The notes under the pieces are model-generated. The model was not told the origin of the DNA and ran no database searches. It worked only from the letters and a program-made list of their open reading frames with translations. From Acidobacteriota bacterium (GTDB taxonomy: Bacteria; Acidobacteriota; CAIWXX01), in contig JBFMAF010000010.1 in assembly GCA_040755995.1 (NCBI GenBank), positions 256,001 to 320,000 on the forward strand: a DNA stretch of 64,000 nt. Direction: 5' to 3'. The translations under genes were made by a program, and so were the position numbers. Shown one piece after another: positions 49,612-60,186 of the stretch (position 1 is the stretch's first letter; each line of letters opens with the position of its first letter).

Positions 49612-50776
49612 CTTTGCCTCCGAACGTGATCTTCAGCCGGTCGTCCACGTACCGTGCGTCTTTGAGCTTTCGTGCGGCGAGGGAGCGGGGGAGGAAGAAG
49701 TTGCGCTTGATATTCTTCACCTGGATGATCAACTGGTCTCCCTTCACCCAGATACCCAGCTCTTTCTCGTCGAGGAACGGGAGCTTGAGCGAGAGCACGT
49801 AGTTGCCGCGCTCCTTGCGTATCTCCATCGGCTTCTCCCGGTGCAAGACCTGCGACGGGTCGCGGTCGCCGAAGACGTGCCGCGCGAAACGGCTCAGCCG
49901 CTCCAGCCCCACAACCTCCGTCTCGAACAGCTCGGCGGTGAACGTCGGGATCGGATCGAACGACTCGTGGCATTCAGCCAGGTGCTTTTGCTGCACGGCG
50001 ATCCAATCGCTGAGGTAGCTGTTCTTGACCTGCTCCGGAAAGATCTTGTTGGCGAAGATCGAATCCACCGAGAATCCGAACAGGTTGAGATAGGTGTACA
50101 GACGGTGCGACTCCTTGATCACCATCTTTTCCGGATTGAGCACGATGCGGATCGAGCTCTGCTCCGGGTCGCAGAGTATCGCGCGCAGCCCGTCGACCCG
50201 CCTGTACAGGTTCTGCAGAGAAAAGAAGACGTCGTCTGTAGGAAGAGGAACGTTCACCACACGCTCGGCGATCGGCCTCACCGCCTTCACCACGCGCCGA
50301 TGGAGATTGAAAATCTTCTCGAAGTACCAGCGCATGATGTCGGGCATGCTCAGCATGCGAATCGTGGAACCGGTCGGAGCGCAGTCGATGATTGCCACGT
50401 CGAACAGATCCTTCTCGTGGTATTCCTTCAGCTTCAGCAGGCTGAAGAGCTCCTCCATCCCCGGGAACACCGCGAACTCCTCCGCCATGACCTCCTCGAA
50501 CCCGCGGGCGCGGAGGAACTGGGTCAGGAACTCCTGGATCTTCCCCCAGTTGCTCGTGAGCTCCAAGTTCACGTCGATCTCGATAGCCTGCAGATTTGGC
50601 ATGACCGGCGTCAGGGATGTGCCGACCTGGGTGTCGAGCGAATCGCCGAGGGAGTGGGCCGCGTCGGTAGAGAGGACGACGGTGCGGCGGCCGAGCTCGG
50701 CGCACCTTACCGCCGTCGCGGCGGACATGCTGGTCTTGCCAACGCCTCCCTTGCCGGTGTAGAGAATCGTCCTCAT
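49598..50776 (-). CDS. ArsA/GET3 family ATPase with C-terminal HSP20-like domain
   Basis: GKGGVGKT, STDAAHSL, PGMEE, DCAPTG, VLNPEKM; C-terminal alpha-crystallin-like LKLPF..GDQLII..KRNFFLP. Confidence 0.92.
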   Translation of the reverse strand: MRTILYTGKGGVGKTSMSAATAVRCAELGRRTVVLSTDAAHSLGDSLDTQVGTSLTPVMPNLQAIEIDVNLELTSNWGKIQEFLTQFLRARGFEEVMAEEFAVFPGMEELFSLLKLKEYHEKDLFDVAIIDCAPTGSTIRMLSMPDIMRWYFEKIFNLHRRVVKAVRPIAERVVNVPLPTDDVFFSLQNLYRRVDGLRAILCDPEQSSIRIVLNPEKMVIKESHRLYTYLNLFGFSVDSIFANKIFPEQVKNSYLSDWIAVQQKHLAECHESFDPIPTFTAELFETEVVGLERLSRFARHVFGDRDPSQVLHREKPMEIRKERGNYVLSLKLPFLDEKELGIWVKGDQLIIQVKNIKRNFFLPRSLAARKLKDARYVDDRLKITFGGKDAQK

Positions 50777-51171
50777 GTGCTTGCCGCTTGCGCGCCGTGG
50801 CTACTGTCGCGGGGCGGCGACGCGCTCGTGCCTCCTCTTTCTGGCGACTCGACCGGACTCGAGTGCCTCGGCCATCCGACGCAAGCTGTGCATGTCGCGT
50901 ATATCCTCTTCCAGAACGGCAGTGCCGTCAAGGTGAGCGTGTGCTGCCCCAGCCGTCTTGCATCCCGCGCATCGCCAAAGTACAATCCCTTCACCACGGT
51001 GAGAAATACGGATGCCGATGCTGTCTGCCTGCGCGGCGCCGAGGTTGCCGTGAACAAGGGAGCGCTGCCGAGTCCCGGCTCCCGGCTTCGCGATGCCGTC
51101 AGGCACTTCGCGGAGGATCGTATGGTGGCTGAGAAAGGGGAGCGCGGGTAGGCCCTGCCGGGACCGTAGTC

Positions 51172-52090
51172 ATGCTCCCAATCGATCTGCTCTGTCCCGG
51201 GTGTTTTCGCGAGAAGGAGCCCGGCGCAGCCTGTGCGGGCTGCGGATTTGACGAATCGAGGCCCCGTTCGAGGTTGTTCTTGCCCTGCCGGACCGTCCTT
51301 CAGCAACTGTATGTGGTGGGGAGAGAACTGGGCAACCCCGGCAGCTTCGGCATAACGTACCTCGCTTGCGACACCGCCTTGCAGACGTGCGTCGCCATCA
51401 AGGAGTACTTCCCGCGCGGAATCGTCGAGCGAGGTCCGGATGGACTCGGCGTTCACGTCATTCGCGAGCGCGACAGGGAACTATACAGCGGCGGTCTTGC
51501 CGGCTTCCTTCGCGAGGCACAGACTCTCGCGAAGATCGATCATCCGAATGTGGTGCGCGTCCGGACGTTCTTCCAGTCGAACCAGACCGCGTACCTGGTG
51601 ATGGATCACGTCGAAGGCAGCTCGCTGGCGGAGCACCTCAGGCAGCATGGCGGTCGCGTTTCGGTCGAACAGGCGCTTCGCATCATGATCCCGGTTCTGG
51701 ACGGCCTCGCAGCTGTCCATGACAAAGGCTACCTGCACAACGACGTCACCCCGCAGAACATCTGCATCAGATCGGACGGTCGGCCGGTCCTGTTGGACTT
51801 CGGGGCAGCGCGACTGGCGCTCGGAGGACAGGGCGTGAGCCAGTCGGTTCTGGTGACGCCTGGGTTCGCGCCGTTCGAGCAGTACCGGCGAGGAGGTGAC
51901 CTGGGCCCGTGGACAGACGTGTACGGCGCGGCGGCGACGCTTTGCAAACTGCTCACCGGCGTTGTGCCGCCCGGAGCCCTGGACCGCAGACGGCACGATG
52001 ACTTCCTCCCGCCAGATCGCCTCGTGCCCTGGCTGTCCAGGGACATCGCCATAGCCATCACCGGCGCACTCGCTCTCGATCCACCAGCAT
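51172..52090 (+). pseudogene. Ser/Thr kinase (Zn-ribbon N-terminus), truncated and out of frame with the downstream part
   Basis: CPGC..CAGC, GSFGITY, AIKEYFP, HNDVTPQN, DFG, TPGFAPFEQY, WTDVYG; similarity ends at ALALDP. Confidence 0.7.
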
Positions 52091-53566
52091 GCACTCCGGA
52101 TCATCGTCCCAATACTCGATGCGCTGGAAGCGGTTCATCGCCGAAGCCTCCTGCACCGCGACGTCAAACCGCAGAATATTTTCATCGCAGCAGATGGCCG
52201 GCCGGTCCTGCTCGATTTCGGCTCTGCCAGAGCGTTTCTCGGCGAGTCCAGCCATAGCCTGACTGTCCAGTTCACCCCCGGGTTTGCGCCCTACGAGCAG
52301 TACCTTCGAAGAGGAGAACAAGGACCGTGGACCGACGTGTACGGGGCCGCCGCGACGTTCTACAACCTGATCACGGGGATAGTGCCGGAGAACGCGATCG
52401 AAAGGGAAGTCCATGACACGCTGGTTCCGCCTGCCAGGCTGTTCGGCGACATTCCCGCGGAGCTCAGCAACGCCGTGATGAGAGCGCTTTCTACTTTGCC
52501 GTCGCAGCGTCATCGGACGGTGAACGAATTCAGAGACGAGCTGACGGGTAAGAAGGTCCTGGCAGCAGAGTCGACCCCCTCCGAGCCCGACTCGACGACG
52601 ATGTTGTCGAGATCGAGGTCGCCGCTCAAGCGCCGTTCGCTGCGGCTCGGCATCGGTACTGTCGCGCTCGCGCTTCTCACGGGTCTCATCGGCTTCGTCG
52701 TCATTCGCGATCGGCTATTCCAAGGTGCCGCACCCGAGGACCCCGGGGCTCGGGCCGCCCCGGCCATGAACACCCTTCCAAAGCCGGCCTCCGATCGAAA
52801 GCCCGGCGAAGTCTGGACCGACCCGGCTACCGGAGTGGAGCTGGCCTGGTGTCCGGCCGGCAGCTTCATGATGGGGTCCGATGCGCTCAACGACGAGACG
52901 CCGATGCACGAGGTCAGTTTCGCGCAGGGCTTCTGGATGCAGACGACCGAGGTCACTCAGGCACTGTGGAAAAGGGTCGTGGGATCGAAGCCTTGGGTGG
53001 CGGTGAGAGGCGGCGCCCATGAGGTGCCGGACATCGATGACTGCCCGGGCATCTACGTGACCTTGTACGACGCCCAGCTGTTCGCGAATGAACTGAACCG
53101 GCGCGGCGGCGTTGGCTACCATGTCCCCTCCGAAGCAGAATGGGAGTACGCGTGCCGCGCCGGTTCCACGGGCATGTTCTGTTTCGGGGACGACGAGTCG
53201 GTCCTGGCGGAGTATGCCTGGTACGAAGAGACCGCAGCCAACATCGGGGAGAAATTCGTGCACCGGGTTCGGTTGAAGCGTCCGAATGCTTGGGGACTGT
53301 ACGACATGCACGGCGGCGTCTTCGAATGGTGCACGGACTGGTATCATTCGACCTACGCAGCCGCCCCCACCGACGGCAGCCCATGGCTCACGCCCCCGAC
53401 ATCGAGCCAAGTGAATCGCGGCGGCTGCTGGGCATCGAGCGCCGGCAGCTGCCGCTCAGCCAACCGCAACGACTACACACCCGCGAGCTTCGGCAGCCTG
53501 GTGGGCTTCAGGGTGGCGAAGTCCGACGCGCCGGCGACCGAGAGGCCACCGCAGCCCGGCAGTTGA
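52085..53566 (+). pseudogene. Kinase C-lobe, TM segment and FGE-sulfatase (SUMF1) domain; N-lobe missing
   Basis: ALRIIVPILDALEAVH..HRDVKPQN..DFG, TM segment, GSFMMG, TEVT, PSEAEWEYACRAG, NAWGLYDMHG, RGG, GFRV; no start codon before the C-lobe. Confidence 0.75.
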
Positions 53567-53836
53567 TGTCGAACCGGGAGGTTTGCCGCCTTTGACTTGA
53601 TACTTGAGGGGGCTATATCAAGAAGGATCTCACGCCACGCCAACCAGGATGCCACAAGCGGTTGAATCGTCTAGGACCATGCGCACGGGTCGACTTGACA
53701 GCCCTGTGGCATGACACATGCTATTAACGCAGAGAGGTGATGACCAACGAGCGCACCGCGAGGCCGGTGGCGAACTGAGGCCATGCCTCGTGGATGCTTG
53801 ATGCCGACGTTGATCGGGTTGCCAAGGAGGTGACAA

Positions 53837-55294
53837 ATGAAGAGGGCAATCATCGCTGTGGCCGCGCTGATCATCCTCGGGACTCATGCCGAGGCTCAGC
53901 TATCGAAAGCAGACCTGGACGAAGCGAACAGGATGCTCAAGGGGACGCTGTATCTGCGAATCAACCTGGTCTGCGCTCATGATTGGGGAGATGTGAGCTT
54001 CTGGATGCGGGGGACGCGTTGGCAGACTGGTCTCGCGCTGAAGACCCTCACCGAGGTAGGGCCAACGGGCTCGAACGTCGATCTCAGCCAGCCAAGAGTT
54101 GCCGATTCGCTGAATCGCAGAGGTGTTGTCTGGTGGTTCCTCCCCAATGACGCCATCCGCAATGCAAAGGTCTACAAGACGGATGACGGGTTCTTGGAGA
54201 TCGGAGCTGAGGGCCTGCCGCCGAAGGACCTGGAAGTAACGATACGGCTTGTCGGCGCGAACAACCTCGACGACTTCAAGGCGGCGTTCCAACGGGCCTT
54301 TTCGAGGGTGCCGCTTCAAGACGATCACGCTGAGTGGCCACCGGATGTGCGCAAGGCAATCGGCGAAAGGCGGCCGCTCTTGGGCATGACAGCCGAACAG
54401 ACATATTGCGTCGTCGGCCGCCCAATCGAGATCCGGACGAGCGAGCTGGACGGCAAGAAAGTCGAGACATGGGTCCTTCTTCAGGATATCGGCCGCGGGA
54501 TGAGTCTCGGCGAAGTTCAAGACGTAGCGGATGATGTGACAACAGACTGCACCGGATTCCCCGTCTCGCTTGAGTTCATCGACGGTAGGATAGCCTCCAT
54601 CGGCTTCGTGCCGGCCGCGGCCGATTGGAACGCGCTCTCAGAGAAGGAGCAGAGCGAAGTAGAGAAGATGGTCGAGGGGACTCTGTACCTCCGAGTGAAT
54701 GCTGTAAGCAATTATCACCTGGAGGGTCGCACGGTGGTCTCGCCTGGGGGCTCCAACCTCGACATGGCCGTTCTGCCCGAGACATTCACCGAGAATGGGG
54801 CGATCTGGCGGTACTTCCCGAACGACGCTATTCGAGAGGCGGAGATCATCTGGGAAGATGACGGGTCCGTCTCGGTCTGGGCCGAGGGTGCTCCACCGAA
54901 GAAGGGCGAAGTCATGGTGCACCTCGTCGGTTTCATGAGCATGGACGAATTCAAAGCCGCCTTCAATCGCGCGTTCTCGAAGGTGCCGTTGCAGGACGAG
55001 CATCCCGAGTGGCCGATCGAGATCCGGAATGCGATTACCGAGAGACGCGTTGTGGAGGGGATGACGGCCGAGCAGGCCTACTGCGTCGTGGGCCGGCCGC
55101 TCGGACTGAGCAGACGCGATGACGCTGGCAAGCAGATCGAGACATGGCTGCCGCCGCAGGAGATCGGCATCGGGATGAGCGTAGAGGAGCTCAAAGAGGT
55201 CTACGCCGACCTGAAGGAGAACCGCACCGGCCTGCCGGCATCTATCGAGCTCATTGACGGCAAAGTGGTCTCGGTGACCGGCGCGGTGAAGTAG
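53837..55294 (+). CDS. Hypothetical secreted protein with two tandem ~230-aa repeats
   Basis: AAGGAGG RBS, signal peptide; GTLYLR-x-N...PNDAIR...RAFSxVPLQDxH...GMTAEQxYCVVGRP occurs twice. Confidence 0.8.
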   Translation: MKRAIIAVAALIILGTHAEAQLSKADLDEANRMLKGTLYLRINLVCAHDWGDVSFWMRGTRWQTGLALKTLTEVGPTGSNVDLSQPRVADSLNRRGVVWWFLPNDAIRNAKVYKTDDGFLEIGAEGLPPKDLEVTIRLVGANNLDDFKAAFQRAFSRVPLQDDHAEWPPDVRKAIGERRPLLGMTAEQTYCVVGRPIEIRTSELDGKKVETWVLLQDIGRGMSLGEVQDVADDVTTDCTGFPVSLEFIDGRIASIGFVPAAADWNALSEKEQSEVEKMVEGTLYLRVNAVSNYHLEGRTVVSPGGSNLDMAVLPETFTENGAIWRYFPNDAIREAEIIWEDDGSVSVWAEGAPPKKGEVMVHLVGFMSMDEFKAAFNRAFSKVPLQDEHPEWPIEIRNAITERRVVEGMTAEQAYCVVGRPLGLSRRDDAGKQIETWLPPQEIGIGMSVEELKEVYADLKENRTGLPASIELIDGKVVSVTGAVK

Positions 55295-55898
55295 TCCAAG
55301 GGCGTTCCACTTCCGGTCGGGCTCCGCCTATCGAGCTTCATGCCACTATCGGAGTCACGAGACAGCGCTTTTCCGTCCGCGGTTCTCGCATCGAGTCCTT
55401 GCCGCGGAGAGAGTGCCTTCGCCTGACGACAGACCTGAAGGCTACTCGATTGTTGCCTTCGGTTGTCTATCGAGCCGCCTCTGTCTGTGAATTGCAGACT
55501 CAATCACAGTGCGCGAGGCAATGGGAATCGAGCGCCCCTTCTCCAGTCAGGTTCAACCGCCACCGAGCTTGCACCGCATGCGAGGCTGTCGGCGGACGAC
55601 CGCAGCTTGATACTCTATAAAGAACTTGATGTTCACCGGCAATGTGCATCCCCCATAGCCTGGCCCGCTGCTCTGTATGTCCATGATCTTGCTGCCGGGT
55701 ACCAATGCCGTGCCCGGCGGCGCGGCAATGGCACGGTTCAGGCATCATGGACGGCTCGAGTGGGGAAGTCACTATGAAGACCAACAAGAACATGAATCGT
55801 GGCGGGACTTCCGTTCATCGGGTAGACGCTGCTGGGAGATGTGGTGCCCGCCTCTGTATCCGCGGCAGAACTCAGACGCAACATTGCTGGAGGACAAC

Positions 55899-56714
55899 AT
55901 GGAGTCACATCTGAGGCCTCAACAAAGAGCTGGCTGGGTCATTCGCCTGCTCTCGTGGAAACGGCTGAACACCGCGTCATTGTTCTCCCTGTGGGGGGTG
56001 ATTGCGATTGCTTTGGGGGCTGCCCATGTTCTGTCGGGACAGGATCTCCCCGCTCCCATAGCCACCTTGTGGGTTGGCAAGAGCGTTGACCTGATCTGGA
56101 TCACAGGGGCGACGCAAATGGAATCGTTGCTGAGACTGGGTGAGAGCCCCCAAGGCGCCGACATCGTGGTCCTGGACAAGGGAGAACTGCCCAGGAACGT
56201 CTCCCTGGTTCTGCGCGGTTGGATCGAACAGGGTGGCGTTGTTATCGCTTTCGACCGGGCGTTCGGGTCAACCTGGCGGAATAGCGATCTCTTTGGCGGC
56301 CTGATCGAAGGAGCCGACAAGGGATGGGAGCCCCCCGAGGATAGTATGGCGTTCGTTAAGGGCTCGACCGTCTACGTGGCAGACAGGGAGCACCCCCTCG
56401 CCCAAGGGGTTGACACCATATACGTCGCCCGCGACCATACGATGGTCGGTGACGCCTCCGGAGAAAAAAACGCCGGCCTCGGCGTGTTCGACAGGTCCGT
56501 TGACGCATCCACACGGGCGATACTGAAAGCACAGAAGATTGGAGAGGCTGTGATCAGCAGTCGGCCTTTGCAGCCTGCGGGCGATGTCACGGTGGGTGTG
56601 TGCAAACAGGTGGGAAAGGGACGAGTCGTCATCCTCCCATCGCTCGACTACACAGCGGGCTCAACCGCCCGATTCATGGTGAACCTACTCGAATGGAGTG
56701 TTTCCCAGGAATAG
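55899..56714 (+). CDS. Exported protein with a class I glutamine amidotransferase-like (ThuA-type) fold
   Basis: GGAGGA RBS; LRGWIEQGG, HPLAQGV, VGKGRVV, NLLEW. Confidence 0.6.
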   Translation: MESHLRPQQRAGWVIRLLSWKRLNTASLFSLWGVIAIALGAAHVLSGQDLPAPIATLWVGKSVDLIWITGATQMESLLRLGESPQGADIVVLDKGELPRNVSLVLRGWIEQGGVVIAFDRAFGSTWRNSDLFGGLIEGADKGWEPPEDSMAFVKGSTVYVADREHPLAQGVDTIYVARDHTMVGDASGEKNAGLGVFDRSVDASTRAILKAQKIGEAVISSRPLQPAGDVTVGVCKQVGKGRVVILPSLDYTAGSTARFMVNLLEWSVSQE

Positions 56715-56883
56715 GAGTGGCCTCGGCACTTGCGGTGAATTCCAGAACAACCAAGAATGGTCCAGCGATCGCTCGCAGTCCCTTCTGTTCGAACAGTACA
56801 ACTCGAGGCTAACAACCAGCAGAATGCGATGGTTGCACTTCGTCGCTGAAGTCTCCCGATGGAGGGAGAGAAAGGACAACGAC

Positions 56884-58311
56884 ATGAAACGCGCCTCGCC
56901 GGATCCGTTCGTCGCAATCCCCGCGAGCGAGAGGGCGGTCAGGCTGCCCGGGATCTGTCCCGGCTGCGGTGGCGGAGAGGCTCTCTCGTCAAGAACGGCC
57001 GAGTTTCCGCTCAACCGCCCGGCGGCGGTCGCGGCGGCCTTTGCCGCGCTCGCCTTTCCCCTGGGCCGAATCTACGGACCGCAGATCCTGCAGCTCCTCC
57101 ACCAAGGCCCCCCTGTAGCATTCCCCAACCAGTGGGCCGTCTTCGCCATGCTGATGGGCCTCGGCTACGCCGCGTTCTACAGCGCCGGGCAAGGCTTCTC
57201 GGTCACCTATGAGGCATGCTCCGCGTGCACCGCCAGGTTGGCGGCGCCAGCGCACCTGCTGCTGCCGGCTTTGGCTGCCATGACTGTATGCCTTGCTGTT
57301 CTCGGCACAGTCGCCGCGGTCGGCGTGGCAGTCAGCAATCCTTTCCCGCTTGGAGCGGGGATCGGGCTCGTGTTGCTGGCGATAAGTCTCGGCATCACCT
57401 GGGCTGGCAGGAAGGCGTTCCTTGCCTATCGCCGTGGGTGTGTTCTCCGAGTGGAGGGCGACCACTACTCGGCACGTGTGCATTCCCAGTCACCGGCGTT
57501 CCTGTCTGCCTTGCGCGATCAGCGGGCGACGAGAGCATCCGCATCCCTATCCCTCGAGACGGACGGGATCGTAGAGGTCTCGTCGAGCAGTCCGGCTGGC
57601 GCATACCGACCCCTGGACGGATTGGCTCGATGGTGCTCGGCGCTACTCCTGGCTACGATCGCCTGGAGCCTCCTCTGCTCGGTGTTTGCAGTCACACGGC
57701 TCGCTTCGCTCCAAGGCGATCTCAACCTCCTGTCCCGCGGGGCGCGTGAGGAACTGTTGATCGACCGGTTTAGCTCGATCTTCACACCAGGGCTCCTCGT
57801 CCTTGCCCTGGCCGTGTTCTTGGCATGGCTTCACCGGGCGCGACGGAATCTGAGCGTGCTCGGAGCGAAAGGGCTGCTCTTCTCTCCGGGGTGGGCCGTG
57901 GGATGGTGGTTCGTGCCGCTCGGCAATCTCTACCAGCCCTTCAAGATCATGACCGAGACGTGGAAGGCGAGTTCTCCCAGTCTCGACGAATCGAGAGCCG
58001 AGTCGTGGCAGCACGTGAGCGTGCCACGCATCCTCACGGCTTGGTGGCTTCTCTTCATCCTCGCCTGCGTGGCAGGCAACCTCGCCGACGGCTTGTACCC
58101 GAACCTCGTCGTCTTCAGGGATAGCCCCTACGCTTGGAAGGAAGGCCTGCTCCACATCACCATCATTCAGGCCATAGGCGCCGTGGCGTGGATCGCCTCC
58201 GCGGTCCTCCTCATGGTCGCCGTCACACGGATCAGCCAGAACCAAGAGATCGGCATGCAGCAGGTAGGAAAGGCGGCACAGATATGTCGAAGCCCGGATA
58301 GCGATCGGTGA
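56884..58311 (+). CDS. DUF4328-domain membrane protein
   Basis: FLAWLHRARRNL...SPGWAVGWWFVPLGNLYQPFKIM.E.W; N-terminal CxxC pairs and TM segments. Confidence 0.78.
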   Translation: MKRASPDPFVAIPASERAVRLPGICPGCGGGEALSSRTAEFPLNRPAAVAAAFAALAFPLGRIYGPQILQLLHQGPPVAFPNQWAVFAMLMGLGYAAFYSAGQGFSVTYEACSACTARLAAPAHLLLPALAAMTVCLAVLGTVAAVGVAVSNPFPLGAGIGLVLLAISLGITWAGRKAFLAYRRGCVLRVEGDHYSARVHSQSPAFLSALRDQRATRASASLSLETDGIVEVSSSSPAGAYRPLDGLARWCSALLLATIAWSLLCSVFAVTRLASLQGDLNLLSRGAREELLIDRFSSIFTPGLLVLALAVFLAWLHRARRNLSVLGAKGLLFSPGWAVGWWFVPLGNLYQPFKIMTETWKASSPSLDESRAESWQHVSVPRILTAWWLLFILACVAGNLADGLYPNLVVFRDSPYAWKEGLLHITIIQAIGAVAWIASAVLLMVAVTRISQNQEIGMQQVGKAAQICRSPDSDR

Positions 58312-58597
58312 AATAGGCATCTGTGAGGGCATCGCACAGCGGGTCCAGCTGCGCCACAAGGTCGGAGCCGCGGGCGCGGAGCTCTCCCGAGAGGGCCTCC
58401 AGGTCATGGGTTCTCACAAGAAGCCAGCCCAGTCTCAGCAGCTCTGCCTTCATGAGCTTCTCGACGACTTCCGCTAGCTTGCTGCGGCACATCGAATATC
58501 CAACCTCCCGCTCAGCGCACACCTGCAGTGCCTCGATGTCTGACTCCGCGATGAACAGCCAGTCGACTGGATTGATCGAGTCAGTCTTCCGCAGCAA
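58232..58597 (-). CDS. HEPN domain protein (toxin partner), C-terminus probably truncated
   Basis: W...AESD, EKLMKA, RTHDL..L, DRYPG. Confidence 0.8.
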   Translation of the reverse strand: MLRKTDSINPVDWLFIAESDIEALQVCAEREVGYSMCRSKLAEVVEKLMKAELLRLGWLLVRTHDLEALSGELRARGSDLVAQLDPLCDALTDAYFTDRYPGFDISVPPFLPAACRSLGSG

Positions 58598-58940
58598 TCA
58601 GTACTCCCTCATTCAAGAGCGTCTTGAAGAAGTGATCCGACCTGGCCAGCTTCTCCTCGAGCCGTTGCGGTGCGATAGGGATGAGCGTGAACGGCGGGCG
58701 CGGCCAGACGTGCCTCATTGCGACCCGCCACCGGGACGCTGCCTCCATTTGCCGCTCCGCACCGTCAGCCACATCGCACAGGTCCAGGTCGCTATCGGCG
58801 CGCGCATCTCCGTGGGCGTGGGAGCCGAACAGGATTACGCGCCTGAGCGGCAGGGCACGATCCATGGCTTCCAGGCACCGTGACAGCGTCTCCCGCTGTG
58901 GCTCAAGGGAAGCCGGCAGGTTCTCGAGCAGCAGTCTCAT
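58581..58940 (-). CDS. Minimal nucleotidyltransferase (MNT antitoxin)
   Basis: VILFGSHAHGDARADSDLDL; FFKTLLNEGVLI end; overlaps the HEPN gene. Confidence 0.85.
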   Translation of the reverse strand: MRLLLENLPASLEPQRETLSRCLEAMDRALPLRRVILFGSHAHGDARADSDLDLCDVADGAERQMEAASRWRVAMRHVWPRPPFTLIPIAPQRLEEKLARSDHFFKTLLNEGVLIAAED

Positions 58941-59042
58941 CCCAGAAATTCTAGTCGTTCCGGGCATGCACCACAAGGATATCCACGGCCGTTCGATGGC
59001 CCCCTCGTCATTGGTGCGCCCACCAGCGACTCCCCCTGGGGC

Positions 59043-59700
59043 TCAGTAGTGCGTGAACGTACCGACCGTCGTGGAAGTCACGCTGGAGGCGACCTTGACG
59101 TCGACCGTTCCAGGGGTGCCCGCCGGGCTGTCGCAGGTGATGACGTTCGGCTGCGTGAAACGGACGTTGCCCGCCACGGCCGAGCCGAAGAGCACGTTGA
59201 ACTGCGTGCCGCTCGTGCCCGACGGCGCCAGAATCGTCACGCGCGTCCCGCCGGCCGCGGGCCCGGATGTCGGATACACGTTGCCCGAGGGGGGTACGGC
59301 GATGAATTCGTACGGATTGCTCTTCTTGTTGAGCACAACTACGGTCACCGGCCCCGTCTGTACCCCGTTCGGAACCGTCACCTTGATGCTGGTGTCGGAC
59401 CAGCGCCGAGCAACCCCGGCGTCGGTCGATCTGAAGAGCACTTTGCTGGTCCCCTGTACTGCCCCGAAGCCTCTCCCATTCACGGATATCGTGTCTCCGG
59501 CCTTGCCGGCTGCCGGGAGGAGCTGTTCGATGACGGGGCCGTTCCCTGCTGCCTTGCGGGTGTATGAATAAACACCGCGATCCGTGGCAACGAAAAGACG
59601 GTTGCGATTGGTCGGATCGGTGAGGAGTCGCCTGATGGTGAAAGCCCCCAGACCGGTGGAATCGAAAGCAGCCCAGGATTCCCCGTGATCTGTCGAGCAG
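59043..59700 (-). pseudogene. C-terminal fragment of a BNR-repeat plus two IPT/TIG domain protein
   Basis: Begins mid Asp-box (STDHGESW), then PAAGKAGDTISVNGRGFG..WSDTSI and PTSGPAAGGTRVTI; no signal peptide or RBS. Confidence 0.7.
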
Positions 59701-59888
59701 CACGCAGCACACACGCGACCAGGTTTCCATGTCGAACCCCTTCAGCCCTAGATGCTCACGACCTCGCCTGCGACTCCGTTGCGTACGCTTCCACGAACAG
59801 GGCGTGTCCGCCGTGGATTCATCACAGCCCGCAAGCCTGGCTCATTCTACCACGGCGTGGGGTGGCAGGATTGATGGTTGCAATCGCT

Positions 59889-60092
59889 TCACTCCTTCTT
59901 TGCTTGGCGAAGACGCGGCCATTCGGCGAATCCGAGATAGAAGAGCATCAGAATGTTTATCAACGGGAGAAGCATCAACAGACTCAGTGCCGGGGGGAAC
60001 CCCGCTTTGCTGAATATCTTCCAGAATGGAAGTACGATGATGAAAACAACCACGACAACCATGACCAGCTCTGCGACACCCAGAGCGCCCAT
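59889..60092 (-). CDS. Small two-TM membrane protein
   Basis: GGGAGGA RBS; PFWKIFSKAGF..LSLLM..PLINI...EWP. Confidence 0.8.
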   Translation of the reverse strand: MGALGVAELVMVVVVVFIIVLPFWKIFSKAGFPPALSLLMLLPLINILMLFYLGFAEWPRLRQAKKE

Positions 60093-60186
60093 TCAGTCCT
60101 CCCTTCTGTTGTTGAACGACCTCGCGAGCGGGACAAGTGTGCTCTGCAGTACCGACACGGTGCACTATCACCTGCCTCGCCTCAGT

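Noticed and set aside
49598..50776. Arsenic resistance ArsA
   Set aside because: Single ATPase domain with HSP20 tail; no arsB/acr3/arsC/arsR/arsD nearby
55590..55680. Minus-strand LWGMHIAGEHQVLYRV resembling a YoeB/RelE toxin C-terminus
   Set aside because: Too short, with no N-terminal part or antitoxin; may be chance
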